Shown in pieces: positions 60,294 through 64,000 of a DNA stretch of 64,000 nt. The notes under the pieces are model-generated. The model was given only the letters and a program-made list of their open reading frames with translations, had not been told where the DNA came from and made no database searches. Position numbers and translations under genes: made by a program. How positions within the stretch are numbered: the stretch's first letter is position 1; each line of letters begins with the position of its first letter. The stretch is from Candidatus Krumholzibacteriia bacterium. GTDB taxonomy: Bacteria; Krumholzibacteriota; Krumholzibacteriia; JAJRXK01. The stretch covers positions 17,493-81,492 of the forward strand of contig JBGPIA010000019.1 in NCBI GenBank assembly GCA_041484665.1. The letters run 5' to 3'.

Positions 60294-60782
60294 GTGGGTG
60301 AACCCGTACGCGGCGTCGCACAGCAAGTACGCGTGTACACCGCGGACGCGATCCCACTCGTCGGCTTCGGGACGACCGAGCTCACCACGCGGGAACCTAA
60401 CGGCGGCCTGGGAACCGTGTTCCAAGTCAGGTGCTTCGTCCTCGCGTGTGGGTGCCTGGTGGACGAACCCCAACGCGTCGCACCCCCCTGCACCGCGTGC
60501 CTTGACGCCGTGCTTGCAAGCCCACCGCCCGCCATCACACCCGCGGGCCTCGTGTTCCTCGCCATGCCGTGCGTGAACCACTACCGCCGCTGCCAAGCAC
60601 CCTACTGCCCAACCGCCGGCGGGTGCACGCGCCACGTCGCGCCGGGTCCTGACGGGTTGTACTACTGCGAACCCCACCACGAAGCCGTAAGCCGCGCGGC
60701 CGACGTCGCCGCCGTCGAAGCCGCGCAGGGACCGCTGGCAAGCCGCGTATACGCGGCCTTGCAATCCTTCTTTCACCTGTGA
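60294..60782 (+). CDS. Cys/His-rich Zn-finger protein
   Basis: CGC...CTAC...CVNHYRRCQAPYC...CTRH...YCEPHH; G-rich RBS before the GTG. Confidence 0.65.
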   Translation: MGEPVRGVAQQVRVYTADAIPLVGFGTTELTTREPNGGLGTVFQVRCFVLACGCLVDEPQRVAPPCTACLDAVLASPPPAITPAGLVFLAMPCVNHYRRCQAPYCPTAGGCTRHVAPGPDGLYYCEPHHEAVSRAADVAAVEAAQGPLASRVYAALQSFFHL

Positions 60783-60807
60783 ACGAGCCCGACCGGCGGC
60801 GGTGGTT

Positions 60808-62997
60808 ATGAACCCCGTTGAGAACCTCCTTACGCGCATCAAGCGCCTCCCCCTCACCCCGGACGAACTCGGGATGACGCTCGAACTCGCCCTGCTCGAG
60901 GACAGCATCCAGCGCGGCCGGCCCGACACGTACCTGTACAGCCTCCTCAACGAGAAAATCACCGAGGCAGAGCACGGACTCCGCGCCAACCCGTTCCTCG
61001 AACCACCACGCGACGCCGGGCTTGACGCGGGGGACGTCCGGGTACTCACCACGCCCGGCGGGCAGTGCCTGGGATTCAGCTTCGGACCAGGACGCGAGAA
61101 CCCCGTCGGGCACGCCGCGCTCCTCGGACCCACCGGGGCGGGGAAAACAGTGCTTCTCTGCCTCGTGCTCGCGGCCGCGGCGCGCTCCGGCTTACGCGTC
61201 CTCCTGGTGTCCACGAACCCGTCAGTACTGGGCTTGGACGCCCTGCGGGGCTTCGTCGTCGTCCTGGGTGCGGACGCGCAGTTCAATCCGTACCACGCCC
61301 CGCGAGGCGTGGACGTGCGGGTGTGGGATCAGCACGTCACCAGCACGCTGAGCCGCCTGCTCGAGCTGCAGTGGGGGGAGCTCGAGATCGGCGAAATCGT
61401 CGCCGCGCTCCGCGCGCGTGGCGTCGTACCGACCATCCCACGAATCCTCGCAGGTCTCGAAGCCCGACAGCGGGGCTCCTGGTCCCGCCGGCACCAGTAC
61501 CGGGACAGTGCGATCCTCACGCTGCGCGGACTGCACCACGCTACGGCGGGTGCGTTCAGTAACGAGGGCGTCGACCCCCGCCTCCTCTTCAATGGCCGGG
61601 TCATCCTGCTCCTGCCCTTCGCGCCCCGCTACGCGGGCCTCGTCCAGCAAGTACTCCTCGTCGTCGCCTGGCTCCTCGGCACGGTTGGTGGCGGGCTTGG
61701 CGGGCACGTCGTCTTCGGCGTGGACGAGGCGCAAGCGCTCGGCACCGACCGGGACGCGCCCGGGCTCCTTCTCGGCCTGCGCCACGCGGGGGTGTCCTGG
61801 GTGGGGTGCTGGCAGAACGCCCAAGCACTCCCACCACTCGTCCTGGGGAACATGGACCTCCTCGTCAGCTTCAGGGCAACGGACACCCGCGACCGCACCG
61901 TCGTCGCCGGCGCTTTGAGTCTCACGCGCGATCAGGCGGACGCGCTGGGCGTGCTCGGACCCCGGGAAGTCGTTGTCTTCTCGCCACGCTGGCCCTGGAA
62001 GCGCGCCAGCAAAGCGCTCGTACCCGCCGTCAGCGTGCACCGCGTGACGGACGCGGACGTGCAGGCGCGCTCCGCGCCGTGGCGGGACGCAGCCGCACGC
62101 GCAGCAGACGACAACGAGCGGCGGGGAGACGCCGCGTGGGGCGCTGGTGCGGGCGGGGAGGCCGAACACCCCGAACCCGTGGACGGACGCGCTGGCAGCG
62201 CCCGGGGAGAGGCGTCGGGTCGCACGGGACCGAACGCAGGGAGGCGCGCAGCACGCGCCGAAGCGGCGGGAGCGGGCGCTGAAGGTGTGAGCCGGCCGGG
62301 AGCGGATGACAGGAAGCGCGGGGAGGGGTCAGGGGCGGGCGGGTCGGAAGGGGCGGGAGTGGGCTTGGACCGCCGCGTCCTGGACGGCGGGTTATTCCGC
62401 TTCATGGTGAACGTGACCACGGAGAGTCACGAGTACAACGCGCTCACGATGCGGATGGAGGCAGCAGGGATCAGGAGTGCGGAGCTGCAGCAACGCGTCC
62501 TGAAGCGCGCGGTAACGGAAGGCCTGGTCACGGTGTGCGAGCTCGCCGTCGGCCGCGGCCGGCCGATCAAACTCGTCGAAGCAACGGAAACAGGGTTCGC
62601 CTGGACGAACGCGAAGCCGTGGGCGAAGACGCGCGGGACGCTCGCCACGCGAGCAGCAAGCCACCTCGTACACGAGAAGCTGCGCAAGCTCGCAGGCTGG
62701 ACCGTCGTGAGAGAGGGGTTCGTCGCGGGCAAGCAAGTCGACCTCGTATGCCGAGACACGGAGGGGCGGCTCGTGACGGTGGAGATCGCCGGTGCCGCGG
62801 GAGCGGCGCATGAGGCGCATAACGCGTTGCACTGTCTGGCCCAGCCGGAGGTCTGGAAGCACGTGGTTGTCGGGGTCTCGCTGAACGTCGTGGATGGCGT
62901 GCGTAAGAAGTTTGCCGGGTTCGAAAAGCTGCGTGCGGGGGAGCGACTCGCGGTCGAGCCGTTGACGCGGGTGCTGCGGGAAGACTGGAAGCCATGA
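60808..62997 (+). CDS. Second HerA/VirB4-like ATPase-wHTH-PD(D/E)xK fusion
   Basis: GPTGAGKT, FNPY, VDEAQ, LRHAG, WQN, LGN; Gly/Ala linker; C-terminal H...REGFVAGKQVDLVC...VTVEIAG. Confidence 0.8.
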   Translation: MNPVENLLTRIKRLPLTPDELGMTLELALLEDSIQRGRPDTYLYSLLNEKITEAEHGLRANPFLEPPRDAGLDAGDVRVLTTPGGQCLGFSFGPGRENPVGHAALLGPTGAGKTVLLCLVLAAAARSGLRVLLVSTNPSVLGLDALRGFVVVLGADAQFNPYHAPRGVDVRVWDQHVTSTLSRLLELQWGELEIGEIVAALRARGVVPTIPRILAGLEARQRGSWSRRHQYRDSAILTLRGLHHATAGAFSNEGVDPRLLFNGRVILLLPFAPRYAGLVQQVLLVVAWLLGTVGGGLGGHVVFGVDEAQALGTDRDAPGLLLGLRHAGVSWVGCWQNAQALPPLVLGNMDLLVSFRATDTRDRTVVAGALSLTRDQADALGVLGPREVVVFSPRWPWKRASKALVPAVSVHRVTDADVQARSAPWRDAAARAADDNERRGDAAWGAGAGGEAEHPEPVDGRAGSARGEASGRTGPNAGRRAARAEAAGAGAEGVSRPGADDRKRGEGSGAGGSEGAGVGLDRRVLDGGLFRFMVNVTTESHEYNALTMRMEAAGIRSAELQQRVLKRAVTEGLVTVCELAVGRGRPIKLVEATETGFAWTNAKPWAKTRGTLATRAASHLVHEKLRKLAGWTVVREGFVAGKQVDLVCRDTEGRLVTVEIAGAAGAAHEAHNALHCLAQPEVWKHVVVGVSLNVVDGVRKKFAGFEKLRAGERLAVEPLTRVLREDWKP

Positions 62998-63937
62998 ACA
63001 CGGTGCGGCGTGGTGGGTTGGTCAGGCCGGCGGGTATGGTTGGCTGGAGCGTCGGGGCGGCGTCGCCCGGCGGCGGGCGTGGGGAGCGTAGGCGTAGGCA
63101 TCCCAGGCGTGGAAGTCCACGTGGAGTGGAGCGCGGGTGCTGCCGGGGGGGACGCGGAGTGGGTGCGGTGACGGCGTGTTCGGGCGGTGGCTGCATGGGA
63201 AGCGGCAGCTGGGGTGGTCGTGCTGGTGTGCTGGGACCGCGGTGCGAGTGGCAGTGGTGCTTGGTGATGCGGCGTCGTGCGTGGTCGTGCGCTGTGCAGG
63301 CTGCGTGGGGGATCGCTGGAGCGGTGCACTTGGTGCGTGGCGTCATGGCTGGTGGGAGTGCGTGGACTGGGGCTGGTGACCGTGAACGGGATGATCGGTC
63401 GTGAGCTCGGGATGGTTCGGTGGTCTCGCGGTGAGCGTGGGCGGACCTGCGCGTGGTGTGGTGCGTTGTGACTGGTGCGCGGGGGCGCGGTTGTGGGTGT
63501 GGTGAGCAGTGGTTGGCGGTGGCGAGCTGGCGTGTGCTCCGGTGGTAGTGGTAGGGCCTGCGCGGTGACCGCTGGTGGGTAGTCTTTGGTGACCGTTGTC
63601 AGGGCAGTGTCGGATCGACGCGCGTGGAGGTCGCGGTCGTGTCTGGGCAACGGTGGTCTCCCCGGAGTGCGGGGCGTTGGAGGCGCGGTTGGTGACGCAC
63701 GGGGGAAGGCGTCGGACGCGGTCCTGGACGGTGGTGGTGGACGCGTGGGGCGGATGCGTGGGTTGGCCCGTCGCGGCCCGCTGCGGGCGGCCGGGAGGAC
63801 GGTCGTAGGGGGTTGCAGGCGCCCGTGGGGGCGTCGTGGTGGGTTGGTGGTGTGGTGCTGTGTTGCCTATCGCGGACTTCCGCTGAAATCTGGACCCCTG
63901 GCCGGCGAATCGGTGAGCACTGCCAAAGCGTGCGTAC

Positions 63938-63988
63938 CGCATTCCGTTCCAGAGCATCTCTGAGAGGGTGGGAATGGGAACGGATGCG
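63938..63988. repeat. Imperfect inverted repeat CGCATTCCGTTCCA ... TGGGAACGGATGCG
   Basis: Arms read directly at 63938-63951 and 63975-63988. Confidence 0.5.
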
Positions 63989-64000
63989 CGGAGGGCCGGG

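Noticed and set aside
62427..63957. Long minus-strand ORFs rich in Pro/Thr/His
   Set aside because: They are a by-product of the GT-rich low-complexity tract and overlap the ATPase antisense.
1..64000. tRNA or att-site duplication marking the element ends
   Set aside because: No tRNA or long direct repeat was recognised by eye. The boundaries probably lie outside the window or need a computational search.

Overview
GC-rich bacterial accessory region with no housekeeping genes, and no rRNA, tRNA or CRISPR array recognised. It reads as a large integrative or mobile island. Two secreted proteins with C-terminal FlgD-Ig (T9SS-like) sorting domains suggest an FCB-superphylum host such as an Eisenbacteria/Krumholzibacteria/Latescibacteria relative (inference). 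From left to right: (i) a defence-like block (SEC-C protein, DUF4365-like nuclease, NurA-HerA, and a convergent Dcm / UvrD-Fe-S-nuclease / Vsr operon); (ii) a tyrosine integrase; (iii) cargo of secreted and surface genes mixed with gene fragments and IS21, IS66 and IS1380 elements; (iv) mobile-element backbone genes (ArdC, PcfJ, a SymE-RadC fusion, tandem wHTH, AlkB, DUF4326, and two paralogous HerA/VirB4-like ATPase-wHTH-PD(D/E)xK fusions); (v) an XRE-led ABC importer facing a desaturase + B3/B4 tRNA-editing pair. The strongest candidate for a new system is (vi), a compact ubiquitin-like conjugation operon at 57790-60027. It encodes a Ubl fused to a minimal single-Cys E2-like domain, a JAB protease and a ThiF/E1, followed by a TM peptide, a Cys/His Zn-finger protein and an ATPase-nuclease. 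All calls come from reading motifs by eye; no database searches were run.
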